32,000 nucleotides of DNA from Mucisphaera calidilacus (GTDB taxonomy: Bacteria > Planctomycetota > Phycisphaerae > Phycisphaerales > Phycisphaeraceae): assembly GCF_007748075.1 (NCBI RefSeq), contig NZ_CP036280.1, forward strand, positions 2,820,001 through 2,852,000. The letters are read 5' to 3'. The notes under the pieces are model-generated. The model was not told the origin of the DNA. It saw nothing but the letters and a program-made list of their open reading frames with translations, and did not search any database. Below are positions 9,245 through 18,043 of this stretch, piece after piece (within the stretch, counting starts at the first letter, position 1; each line of letters opens with the position of its first letter). The translations under genes and the position numbers were made by a program.

Positions 9245-10386
9245 TGCCCTCATCGAGTCTGCGACGAGAACGGCTGGTGCCCGCACGGCACCTGGTGGTG
9301 AAGGTTGGAACCGCCCTGCTGACGCGTGACGCCGACGAGGGCCCCGGGCTGGACACCGAGTTCATCGCGGCCCTGGCCAAGCAGATCGGCACACTGAGCA
9401 AGCAGGGATACGAGATCACACTCGTTTCCAGCGGGGCTGTCGGCGCGGGTTGCGTCGAGTTGGGCGTCGAGAAGCGTCCCGAGGACGTCGCCGAGCTCCA
9501 GGCCGCCGCGGCGGTTGGCCAGCGTCGGCTGATGACCCACCTCCACGACGCACTCAAGCCCTACGGCCTGCGCGTCGGGCAACTGCTGCTCACGCGTCAC
9601 GACTTCGATGACCGCGAGCGGTTCCTCAACATCCGCAACTGCGTGACCAAACTCCACGAGTTGGGCTGCCTCCCCGTCCTCAACGAGAACGATTCGGTGG
9701 CGGTCGATGAGATTCGCTTCGGTGACAACGACCTGCTCGCCGCCCTGACGACCAACGCTCTCGCAGCCGAGGCCCTCATCCTGCTGACCACCGTCGACGG
9801 CCTGCTCGACGACGACGGCAAGGTCGTCGACCTTGTCGAGAACATCCAGGAGCAGATCGGGCTGGTGCGCACGGAAGGGTCTTCCTGGGGACGGGGCGGG
9901 ATGAGCACCAAGCTCGAATCGGCACGCCTCGTCACCGAGGCCGGTGAGGTCGCGGTCATCGCGCACGGCCGCGAGAAGAACGTCCTGCTCCGCCTGATGA
10001 AGGGCGAGAAACTCGGGACCTGCTTCCTCCCCTCGGAACGCAAACTCGACAGCCGCAGCCGCTGGATCGGCCTGACCAAGCGGCCGGACGGGACGCTCAG
10101 CGTCGATACCGGGGCGAGTGCCGCCGTCGTCGACAACGGCAAGAGCCTGCTGGCCAAGGGCATCACCGACGTCACCGGCCGCTTCGAACGCGGGTCCCTG
10201 GTCGTGGTCCGCGACCCCCAGGGCCGGGAGATCGGCCGCGGCCTGATCAACTACAACTCGGATGAGACCCGCTCGATCATGGGGCTTGATTCCGACCGCT
10301 TCGCCGAGCGCCTCGGCCGCCCGGGCTTTACCGAGGTCATCCACCGCGACAACCTCGTGGTCATGGCCTCCACGGCCACACACTGA
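9244..10386 (+). CDS. proB: Glutamate 5-kinase with C-terminal PUA domain
   Basis: ORF 9049..10386 trimmed to the ATG at 9244 (MPSSSLRRERLVPARHLVVKVGTALLT...), 380 aa. Amino-acid-kinase fold motifs are present (VVKVGT, LVSSGAVGAG, ENDSVAVDEIRFGDNDLLAA), as is a PUA-like tail (GSLVVVRDPQGREIGRGLINYNSDE). The start overlaps the waaA stop by 1 nt (gTGATG). Confidence 0.93.
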   Translation: MPSSSLRRERLVPARHLVVKVGTALLTRDADEGPGLDTEFIAALAKQIGTLSKQGYEITLVSSGAVGAGCVELGVEKRPEDVAELQAAAAVGQRRLMTHLHDALKPYGLRVGQLLLTRHDFDDRERFLNIRNCVTKLHELGCLPVLNENDSVAVDEIRFGDNDLLAALTTNALAAEALILLTTVDGLLDDDGKVVDLVENIQEQIGLVRTEGSSWGRGGMSTKLESARLVTEAGEVAVIAHGREKNVLLRLMKGEKLGTCFLPSERKLDSRSRWIGLTKRPDGTLSVDTGASAAVVDNGKSLLAKGITDVTGRFERGSLVVVRDPQGREIGRGLINYNSDETRSIMGLDSDRFAERLGRPGFTEVIHRDNLVVMASTATH

Positions 10387-10463
10387 CGCGAGGTCTGGAT
10401 AACGTCGCCGGGCGGGTCGGGTGAAAGTCTCGCTTCACCGCGCGATCGATTCAGCCGATACGC

Positions 10464-11222
10464 ATGGCACAACCCTCCGAGGCCGGAACGATGAGCCATG
10501 CAGCCAGACAATCAGAACCTCCCGTTGGGACATGGTCGGATCGCGAGATGGGCCGGATCGTGGAGCAGGCGATGCAGGGGGACCGCGTGGGCGCCATGCT
10601 CGGTCTATCGGACTGGCTGATGCGTGGCGGGGCACCCGCGGACGCGGCGGTGCTGCGACGGGCGCTTGGCGGGGTGATGCCCGTATCACTCGATGACGCC
10701 GAGGGCGCGGTAGACGAACAGACACTGGATGAACTGACACGGACGCTGGCAGGACGCCTGACCATGCTGCCCACGGTGGTGCGCGGGCTGGAGATACGGG
10801 GCGATGACCGCTGGATCGAGGCGGTTCATGACGCTTCGGTACGCTGCTGGCCTCACGCGGAGGGGCGTGAGGACCGGCTGGCGATCTGCCGGGCTCTGGT
10901 CCGCCTGAACATCCTGCAGGATGACCCGGAGGGGGTCATCCGGTGGGCACACAAAGGACTGCGTATCGAGCCGTCCGACGCGGACCTCGCTTTGGCACTC
11001 TCCCGTTATCAGGACGATCCGGAGGCCGGCCCCCCCGTTCGTGTGGTCCTGACACGGGTAGCCCGGCGCTGGCCGGGTTATCGGGATGTGCGTGCGGCCC
11101 TGATCCGTCGGCGTGCCGATGATGGGCATCAGGCGTCCGCACGACGGATGCTCGAACGCTGGTTGCGGCGCGAGCCCGATGCTCCGCTGGCCCGGCGTCT
11201 ACGTGAGGAACTCACGGCATGA
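10464..11222 (+). CDS. Hypothetical helical-repeat (TPR-like) protein
   Basis: 252-aa ORF with coding-like composition and Arg/Leu/Ala-rich helical repeats. Its stop overlaps the start of the next gene (ATGA, 11219-11222). No recognisable catalytic motif. The start is uncertain; an alternative ATG lies at 10491. Confidence 0.55.
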   Translation: MAQPSEAGTMSHAARQSEPPVGTWSDREMGRIVEQAMQGDRVGAMLGLSDWLMRGGAPADAAVLRRALGGVMPVSLDDAEGAVDEQTLDELTRTLAGRLTMLPTVVRGLEIRGDDRWIEAVHDASVRCWPHAEGREDRLAICRALVRLNILQDDPEGVIRWAHKGLRIEPSDADLALALSRYQDDPEAGPPVRVVLTRVARRWPGYRDVRAALIRRRADDGHQASARRMLERWLRREPDAPLARRLREELTA

Positions 11223-12073
11223 AGCGTTGGCATGCGTCGGAGGATCACGCGGGCCTGAGTCGGGCGATCGAACGGCTGCAGGTCGAGGTTCAGTCCAAGC
11301 CAAGCCTCGCGCATCGCAGCCTGCTGGCGCGCATGCTCGCGCGCGCCGAAAGACTGGCCGAGGCTAACGAGATGTACCGGTCGGTCTGCATGGACGCCGA
11401 CGCTCCGGACGCACTGATCGACGAGGCAGCCCGTTGTGCCGAGCAGGTTGGGGACCTGCGCGGGGCCGAGATCGCCCTGCGATCGGTCCTGACCCAACGC
11501 GACAGCGAGACGCTCCACACCCGGCTGGCGGAGTTCCGTCTCTGCCGGGGCGCTTGGACCGAAGCCGCCTTCATGGCGTGGGGCCTGACCAACAAGAATC
11601 CCGAGAACGTGGACGCCTGGACGGTGCTGACAGCGGCGGGCTGGGTCACCGGCCGCCGTGGCATGACACAGGCCGGCATCGAGGCCTTGCGTCGTGAAGA
11701 CCCGCGTGGCGGTTCGAACCGCCTCGGTGCCCTCCTCGCCCGGGCGCTGCCCGCGATCATGGCCGAGCAGAAATCCGAAGATCCGAGCGTCACGCGGCGA
11801 CTCAGGCAATGGCGTGGCGTCGAAGCCTTCCGAGTCGCACAGCAATCATCGGCCTGGGACCGCCTGATGGTGCGCACGAACCGGGCGATGCTCGGCGAGA
11901 CAAGCCGCAGGCCCCGGCACGCCGACGCCTGGTACCACCTCGCCCGAGCCGATATGGCCCTTGGCGACCGGTCCGGTGCCGTCGATGGACTTAGCCGGGC
12001 GCTGGGCATCAACCCCGGCTACCAGAAGGCCCAGGCCGAACTGGAGAAGGTCTGTCGCCAGCGGGCCGCCTAG
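11219..12073 (+). CDS. TPR repeat protein
   Basis: 284 aa with several 34-residue TPR-like units (e.g. ADAWYHLARADMALGDRSGAVDGLSRALGINPGYQKAQAEL). It has a 4-nt overlap with the upstream ORF. Confidence 0.7.
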   Translation: MKRWHASEDHAGLSRAIERLQVEVQSKPSLAHRSLLARMLARAERLAEANEMYRSVCMDADAPDALIDEAARCAEQVGDLRGAEIALRSVLTQRDSETLHTRLAEFRLCRGAWTEAAFMAWGLTNKNPENVDAWTVLTAAGWVTGRRGMTQAGIEALRREDPRGGSNRLGALLARALPAIMAEQKSEDPSVTRRLRQWRGVEAFRVAQQSSAWDRLMVRTNRAMLGETSRRPRHADAWYHLARADMALGDRSGAVDGLSRALGINPGYQKAQAELEKVCRQRAA

Positions 12074-12132
12074 CGCAAGATATCGGGGCAACCAACGACC
12101 ATCGCAGTCAACGGGGGCAATCGGCAACCGAG

Positions 12133-12152
12133 CCTCAGCGGATACGCTGAGG
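12133..12152 (+). terminator. Stem-loop downstream of the TPR gene pair (candidate intrinsic terminator without a U-tract)
   Basis: CCTCAGCG-gata-CGCTGAGG is a perfect 8-bp stem with a 4-nt loop, 60 nt after the stop at 12073. No T-run follows, so terminator function is inferred only. Confidence 0.4.
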
Positions 12153-12182
12153 TCCCACACCCAAGCCTGAAAGGGTTCTGCG

Positions 12183-12797
12183 ATGAACAACAAGGTCGTC
12201 TCGTGGATCGTTGCTCTGGTTCTGGTCGTTGTCAGCGCCGGCGTGCTCGTCATGTCTGTCCCGGGCGTGCGCGAGGTGGTGCTGGGCGGTGCTTCGGTGA
12301 GGACGAGCACCACCAACCCGCAGGATTACGACCTGACGGAGCCGCAGGTCACGGTCCTGGAAGGAGCCGAGTACTTCCTCTTCGGTGAGGCCGAGACCAC
12401 ACTCAACAGCATGGGCGAGACCATGGACCAGAAGTTCTGGCCGCTGGTCAGGATGATTGAAGAGCAGAAACTCGATCCCGAGGGTGATGTCGTCTTCGTC
12501 TACCTCGGCGCCACCGGAGAGCCCGACGACCCGTTCACGCTCCGCATGGGCTTCCCGGTCGTCGCGGGAACGAAAGCCCCCGAGGGTTTTCGGATCGACC
12601 GCCTGCCCGACCTTCGATGTGTCAAAGCCGATTTCACGGGACACATCGAGGGCGTCGGCCACGCCTACAGCAAGATCATGCCCGCGTTGTTCCAGAGCGG
12701 TCACCAGCCCTCGGGCGAGACCCGGGAGGTGTACCGCGAGTGGCACGGGCCTGACTCGGTCGACAACCGCGTCGACCTCTGCGTCGGCATCCAGTGA
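12183..12797 (+). CDS. Membrane-anchored GyrI-like (AraC effector-binding / SRPBCC-like) small-molecule-binding domain protein
   Basis: 204 aa. N-terminal TM helix VVSWIVALVLVVVSAGVLVMSV. The C-terminal 150 aa resemble GyrI-like domains (FTLRMGFPV...GFRIDRLPDLRCVKADFTGHIEGVGHAYSKIMPALFQSGHQPSGETREVY). Confidence 0.6.
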   Translation: MNNKVVSWIVALVLVVVSAGVLVMSVPGVREVVLGGASVRTSTTNPQDYDLTEPQVTVLEGAEYFLFGEAETTLNSMGETMDQKFWPLVRMIEEQKLDPEGDVVFVYLGATGEPDDPFTLRMGFPVVAGTKAPEGFRIDRLPDLRCVKADFTGHIEGVGHAYSKIMPALFQSGHQPSGETREVYREWHGPDSVDNRVDLCVGIQ

Positions 12798-12803
12798 GTC
12801 CCG

Positions 12804-13709
12804 TTAATCCTCTGATGAGCCCCGCGACTCGCGAAGCAGCAGGATCTTCATCTCGACCTCGATCGGGCTTTCGGCTCGCTCCAGCAGCGGGCCGGAAGCC
12901 TCCCATTGATACAGCGACGACTCGATCGGGCTGTCGTGCAGCGCATGACCCGACTTGCGGATCCAGTCGACGTGAATCACCTGCCCGTCGGTGTTGAACG
13001 TGATGATCACGACCGGGTTGCGCTGGGGCAGGACCGCCCGCGCCGCAACCGTGAAACGTGGCAGGCGCGTCTGGATCACAAGCCCCTGCCGAGCCTCAAC
13101 ACGGTTGCCCGGCTTGACGGCAATCTCCCGTTCGATGCGCGTCGGCGGAGCCTCACGCTCGTCCTTCGGCAGCGAAGTCGGATTCTCGGGACCCGGCTCA
13201 CCGGCCGTGGCGGTGCTGCTTGGCGGCGTGTTCTGAGGCGGCGCGGGTTCCGGCAGCGGGGTCTGCTCGTTCCGCGGCAGCGTGTCACCCGACGCCTCCG
13301 GCTGAGCGGTCTGATCCGTCGGCGGCACCGGCACCGACTGGCTCAGCGGCGTGGTCTGATCACTCGGCGTGTTGTTCTCTGGAGACGTCGGCAGCGGATT
13401 GGCCTGTGCATCGGGTGTCGGATCGGCGGTGGCCTGCAGGGCCGGCTGCTCCGTGGTCGATTGGCGGGCCATGATCGCCTGGTAATCCTCGCGAGCAATC
13501 CACGCCACCCGCGCCGTTGAGGGAGGCGTGTCCCCCGGCTCGATGCGGGTCTTCTGATCCCGCGGCCGTAGCGTGTCGCGCTCCAGCACGACCGACGCGT
13601 CCTGATACATCCCCATGATGATCAGCAGGTGCAGCAGCACCGACAGAATCAGCGTCACGCCGAACGTGCCGAAGTCCTGACTCGCCGTTGGCCGCGCGAG
13701 GACACTCAT
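12804..13709 (-). CDS. TonB-family energy-transducer-like protein
   Basis: 301 aa. N-terminal TM helix FGVTLILSVLLHLLIIMGMY, a long Pro/Thr/Gln-rich spacer, and a C-terminal region like the TonB C-terminal domain (NPVVIITFNTDGQVIHVDWIRKSGHALHDSPIESSLYQWEAS). The start lies 2 nt after the exbD-like stop. Confidence 0.6.
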   Translation of the reverse strand: MSVLARPTASQDFGTFGVTLILSVLLHLLIIMGMYQDASVVLERDTLRPRDQKTRIEPGDTPPSTARVAWIAREDYQAIMARQSTTEQPALQATADPTPDAQANPLPTSPENNTPSDQTTPLSQSVPVPPTDQTAQPEASGDTLPRNEQTPLPEPAPPQNTPPSSTATAGEPGPENPTSLPKDEREAPPTRIEREIAVKPGNRVEARQGLVIQTRLPRFTVAARAVLPQRNPVVIITFNTDGQVIHVDWIRKSGHALHDSPIESSLYQWEASGPLLERAESPIEVEMKILLLRESRGSSED

Positions 13710-13711
13710 GA

Positions 13712-14134
13712 TCAGTTGCCCTGACCGCCGACGACGGCAAGGTCCTGCACGCCCGCCTGCCTGAGCGTCTCGACCACGCGGATGAGCAGCGGCCCGCGAT
13801 CGGTTGTCGTGGTCTCGTCTTCTTCGAGCGCCAGGAACACGCGCATCTCGGGGTCTTCCTCGAGTCGGTCGGCGATGTTCTGGGCAAGGTCGCTGAGGCG
13901 GATGGGCTCTCGGTTGATAAACAACTCGCCGTCACGATCCAGAGTGATCGACAGGGCCGGTTGTGACTCCGCTGCCTGCCCGTGCTCCAGTGGCGTCAAC
14001 TCGACCGGCATCAGCTCCGCGTGCACCATGACCGTCATCGAGTAGATGAAGTACGTCAGCAGCAGGAAGATCACGTCGATCAGCGGGAGCAGTTCGACGC
14101 GTGGCGCGAGATCAGTAACAGATCGGCGGGACAT
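13712..14134 (-). CDS. exbD: Biopolymer transport protein ExbD/TolR family
   Basis: 140 aa with the signature N-terminal segment LLPLIDVIFLLLTYFI (TM helix) followed by a periplasmic domain (LSITLDRDGELFINREPI...). Confidence 0.8.
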   Translation of the reverse strand: MSRRSVTDLAPRVELLPLIDVIFLLLTYFIYSMTVMVHAELMPVELTPLEHGQAAESQPALSITLDRDGELFINREPIRLSDLAQNIADRLEEDPEMRVFLALEEDETTTTDRGPLLIRVVETLRQAGVQDLAVVGGQGN

Positions 14135-14175
14135 GCAGGCATTTTACCCGGGGATCGCCGGCAAAGAAGCGGGTT

Positions 14176-15282
14176 TCAGGCTCTCGGGTCCACACGCAGT
14201 GAGTCCCATGCCTCGGCGACCAGCTCCGGCGTGGGGTCCGAGGTGATGATCACCTCGCCCAGCTTCGTCGGCAGGACAAAACGGATACGGCTGTCCGCGA
14301 CCTTCTTGTCGATGGCCATCACCTTCATCAGCAACGCCGTCACCGGCAGGTCATCCTCCCAGGTGGGCAGACCGAGTGCCTCAAGCAGGTCAACGACCTG
14401 ATGCTCCAGCGACGGATGACAGATCTTCATGGCGATCGCCATACGCGTCGCTGCGACCATGCCCAGCGCTACCGCTTCGCCGTGCTTGATACGCCCGTAG
14501 GCCGAGGCGGCCTCGATCGCGTGCGCAAACGTGTGCCCGAAGTTCAGGTGCGCACGCACACCCGACTCTTTTTCGTCCTCCTCAACCACCGCCGCCTTGA
14601 TGCGCACGTTGCGTTCGACCAGCTCGACGAGTGTGCCATGATCGAGTTGCAGGATGCGGTCGGCGTGCTCGCCGATCCAGGTGAACAGGCCCGGGTCTCG
14701 GATGACGCCATGCTTCACACACTCCGCCAGCCCGCAGCGGAGTTCACGTTCGGGCAGCGACTCCAACGTCGACACGTCGATGATCACGCGGTGCGGCTGG
14801 TGGAAGGCCCCGATCAGGTTCTTGCCGTGCGTCGTGTTGACACCCGTCTTGCCGCCGACCGAGGCATCAACCATCGCCAGCAGCGTCGTCGGGCACTGGA
14901 TAAAGGGAACACCACGCAGGTAGCTCGCCGCGACAAAGCCGGCCGTGTCGCCGGTGATCCCGCCGCCCAGCGCGATGACCGGGCTGCGCCGCTCGATCCG
15001 CGCTTCAAGCAGCACTTCGTAGAGCGAGCGTACCGTGCCCAGCGTCTTTTTCTTCTCGGTGGGGGTCATGACCGCGACGGTCGTCTCGAAACCCTCGTTC
15101 TGCAGCGACTTAGCCGCCGGCTTGCCGACGTCCACCTCGATCGCCTCGTCGACGATCAACGCTGCCTTGTGGTGCGGAGCGACCTCACGAACCATTTCAC
15201 CCAGGGAATCGAGCAGCCCCGGCTCGATCCGGATGTCGTAGCCGTGCGCGGTCGGTGGGAGTTGCAGATCAACTGTTGCCAT
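14176..15282 (-). CDS. aroB: 3-dehydroquinate synthase
   Basis: 368 aa. Core [44 protein letters not shown], plus metal-binding His residues in the [12 protein letters not shown] region. Confidence 0.93.
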   Translation of the reverse strand: MATVDLQLPPTAHGYDIRIEPGLLDSLGEMVREVAPHHKAALIVDEAIEVDVGKPAAKSLQNEGFETTVAVMTPTEKKKTLGTVRSLYEVLLEARIERRSPVIALGGGITGDTAGFVAASYLRGVPFIQCPTTLLAMVDASVGGKTGVNTTHGKNLIGAFHQPHRVIIDVSTLESLPERELRCGLAECVKHGVIRDPGLFTWIGEHADRILQLDHGTLVELVERNVRIKAAVVEEDEKESGVRAHLNFGHTFAHAIEAASAYGRIKHGEAVALGMVAATRMAIAMKICHPSLEHQVVDLLEALGLPTWEDDLPVTALLMKVMAIDKKVADSRIRFVLPTKLGEVIITSDPTPELVAEAWDSLRVDPRA

Positions 15283-15394
15283 GCGAGGAGGATACAGGAG
15301 GTTGGGCCGTGGGGGAGCGAGCCGCGACGGGCTGTCGGCGACACAGACGGGTGATCCTGATTACCATGATCGATTCCCCGCAGACGGAGTCAGC

Positions 15395-16999
15395 ATGAGC
15401 ACACCCGCTTCCACGACGGCAACCCAGGCGCTCGCCGAGGTCCCCGAGTCGCTCTACGGCGAGGTGATCCCGATCGTCGATTTCGGCTCGCAGTACGTGC
15501 AACTGATCGCCCGGCGTGTCCGCGAGGCGGGCGTCTACTCCGTCCTCGTCAGCCCCGAGACGCCGATCGAGGACCTCCGTCGCATCCGTCCCAAGGGCAT
15601 CATCCTTTCCGGCGGGCCCTCGAGTGTCTACGACGAGGGGGCACCACGCTGTGACCCGGCGCTCTTCGATCTGGGCGTGCCGGTTCTGGGCATCTGCTAC
15701 GGGATGCAGATCGGCTGCGAACTGCTCGGCGCCAAGGTGGCTTCCGCCGAGGCACGCGAGTACGGCCGGGCGCGTCTCCGCGTCACGACCACCAGCGACA
15801 ACGAACTCTTCAAGGGGATGCCCGACGAGACCAGCGTCTGGATGAGCCACGCCGATCAGGTCCGGGAGCTCTCCGAGGACTTCATCCCGGTCGCCACCAC
15901 GGAGACCTGCCCGTACGCCGCGGTACGCCACCGCGAACGCGCCTTCTACGGCCTGCAGTTCCACCCCGAGGTCACCCACACACCCCACGGCGCGGAGATT
16001 CTCAGCAACTTCATCTTCGGCGTCTGCGGCTGTTCGGGCACGTGGCAGATGAGCAACTTCCTGGAGATGTCCATCGAGCAGATCCAGGCACAGGTCGGCG
16101 ACGGCCGGGTGATCTGCGGCCTCTCGGGTGGTGTCGATTCTTCGGTAGCCGCTGCCCTGCTGCACCGCGCGATCGGCCCACGCCTGACCTGCGTCTTCGT
16201 CGACAACGGATTGCTCCGCAAGGGCGAGCGTGCCTTTGTCGAGGCGACCTTCCGTGACCACTTCGACATCGATCTCCGCGTCATCGACGCGGGCGCGCAA
16301 TTCCTCGCCGACCTTGAGGGCGTCCTGGACCCGCAGGAGAAACGACGACGCATCGGCCATCGCTTCATCAAGGTCTTCAAGAGCGCCTCCGAGGAGATCG
16401 AGGACGTCGGCTTCCTCGCGCAGGGCACGCTCTACCCCGACGTGATCGAATCCGGCCAGGGCCACTCCGGACAGGCCGCCAACATCAAGCTGCACCACAA
16501 CGTCGGCGGGCTCCCCGAACAGCTCGGCTTCGACCTCGTCGAGCCGTTCCGACAGCTCTTCAAGGACGAGGTGCGGCAACTCGGCTCACTGCTCGGCCTG
16601 CCCGAGACCATGGTCTGGCGGCACCCCTTCCCCGGGCCGGGACTCGCCGTACGCTGTCTCGGCGAAGTCCGCGAGGACCAGCTCGCCATCCTCCGCGAGG
16701 CCGACGAGATCCTCATCGAGGAGATCGTCGCCAACAATCTCTACCGCCAGACCGCCCAGGTCTTCGCCGTCCTCCTGCCCGTGCGCGCCGTTGGCGTGAT
16801 GGGCGACGGCCGAACCCACGAGCAGGTCATCGCCATCCGCGCCGTCGAGAGCCAGGACTTCATGACCGCCGACTGGGCACGCATCCCCTTCGACGTCCTC
16901 GCCACCATCTCCAACCGCGTCATCAACGAGGTGCGTGGCGTCAACCGCGTGGTCTACGACATCTCCAGCAAGCCGCCGGCAACCATCGAGTGGGAATGA
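15395..16999 (+). CDS. guaA: GMP synthase (glutamine-hydrolysing)
   Basis: ORF 15281..16999 trimmed to the ATG at 15395, with GGAG 5 nt upstream; 534 aa. GATase-1 domain (LGICYGMQ catalytic Cys, FHPE), ATP-pyrophosphatase P-loop [10 protein letters not shown], and the conserved C-terminal end KPPATIEWE. Confidence 0.95.
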   Translation: MSTPASTTATQALAEVPESLYGEVIPIVDFGSQYVQLIARRVREAGVYSVLVSPETPIEDLRRIRPKGIILSGGPSSVYDEGAPRCDPALFDLGVPVLGICYGMQIGCELLGAKVASAEAREYGRARLRVTTTSDNELFKGMPDETSVWMSHADQVRELSEDFIPVATTETCPYAAVRHRERAFYGLQFHPEVTHTPHGAEILSNFIFGVCGCSGTWQMSNFLEMSIEQIQAQVGDGRVICGLSGGVDSSVAAALLHRAIGPRLTCVFVDNGLLRKGERAFVEATFRDHFDIDLRVIDAGAQFLADLEGVLDPQEKRRRIGHRFIKVFKSASEEIEDVGFLAQGTLYPDVIESGQGHSGQAANIKLHHNVGGLPEQLGFDLVEPFRQLFKDEVRQLGSLLGLPETMVWRHPFPGPGLAVRCLGEVREDQLAILREADEILIEEIVANNLYRQTAQVFAVLLPVRAVGVMGDGRTHEQVIAIRAVESQDFMTADWARIPFDVLATISNRVINEVRGVNRVVYDISSKPPATIEWE

Positions 17000-17046
17000 C
17001 GCATCCACTCGAACAGCGCAGCCGATCGTGACGTACTATCCGACAC

Positions 17047-18033
17047 ATGGATAGACCCCGAACATGGATGTTCCTCGGCCTGCTCACGCTGCTGATCGCG
17101 GGCTGCGGCCTGACGCCTGAATCTCAGGATCAAAAGCACGTCGAGGCCGCGTCACTCAAACAGCCCGTCGCCGTCAATCTGATCCGGGACAAGATGTACT
17201 TCCGAGCACCGGTCGAGGTCAACGGCGAGCCGATGGGCAGCTTCCTCATCGACACCGGGGCGGCGATGGCCGCGATGGACCTGGGCCTGGTCCGAAGGCT
17301 GGAATTGCCCGTGAATGGCGACGGACGGGCGATCGGCATCGCGGGCACCGAATCCTTCAACTACCACCGGGTCGAGTCCCTCGCCGTGGGCGGCGTCGGT
17401 CTCAAGGCGAAGCGTATCGCCGGCATGAACATGTACAAGCTGCACCGCCATCGACGCCAGCGACTCGACGGCATCTTAGGCTACCCCACCCTCGCCGAGG
17501 TCCCCTTCGCACTCGACGGACCCGACCGCACGCTCACGTTCTACCCGCGCCGGACCTTCCGAGCACCGGACGACGCCAACCCGGTGCGCCTGATCCGGTT
17601 CCGCAACCTCCCCACCGTCGAAGCGACGATTGGCAACGGCCATCGCATCTGGCTCGTGCTCGATACCGGTTCTGACGAAATGCTCTCGCTGCCCGACGAC
17701 CTGCCGGCACGATGGCCCGACGTCCTGTCTGTCGATGTAAGCGGGATGTCGCGAAACCTTGGCGTCGGCGGCATGGTCCACGGGCGAACAGGCTGGGTCA
17801 GCTCCATCAACGTCTTCGGGCACCGATTCAAGGACGTAGAAGCCAACTTCGCTCCACCCCCAAGCTCTTTCAAAGGGGCACCCGTGCCCGTCGGACGGAT
17901 CGGCAATGGCGTGCTCAGGCGCTTCTGCCTGACCTTCGACCGTCAGCGCAACCGCATGTGGGCTGAACTCGACCAGACCCTCGTCAAACAGTCAGACTCT
18001 GACACCACCGTCGGGACGACAAGCAGCCCGTGA
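17047..18033 (+). CDS. Lipoprotein with two retropepsin-like aspartyl-protease domains
   Basis: 328 aa. Signal peptide plus lipobox (FLGLLTLLIAGCG). Two separate D-T-G motifs sit in similar hydrophobic contexts: FLIDTGAAMAAMD (N-terminal half) and LVLDTGSDEMLSL (C-terminal half). Confidence 0.65.
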   Translation: MDRPRTWMFLGLLTLLIAGCGLTPESQDQKHVEAASLKQPVAVNLIRDKMYFRAPVEVNGEPMGSFLIDTGAAMAAMDLGLVRRLELPVNGDGRAIGIAGTESFNYHRVESLAVGGVGLKAKRIAGMNMYKLHRHRRQRLDGILGYPTLAEVPFALDGPDRTLTFYPRRTFRAPDDANPVRLIRFRNLPTVEATIGNGHRIWLVLDTGSDEMLSLPDDLPARWPDVLSVDVSGMSRNLGVGGMVHGRTGWVSSINVFGHRFKDVEANFAPPPSSFKGAPVPVGRIGNGVLRRFCLTFDRQRNRMWAELDQTLVKQSDSDTTVGTTSSP

Positions 18034-18043
18034 TCGCAGCGGC

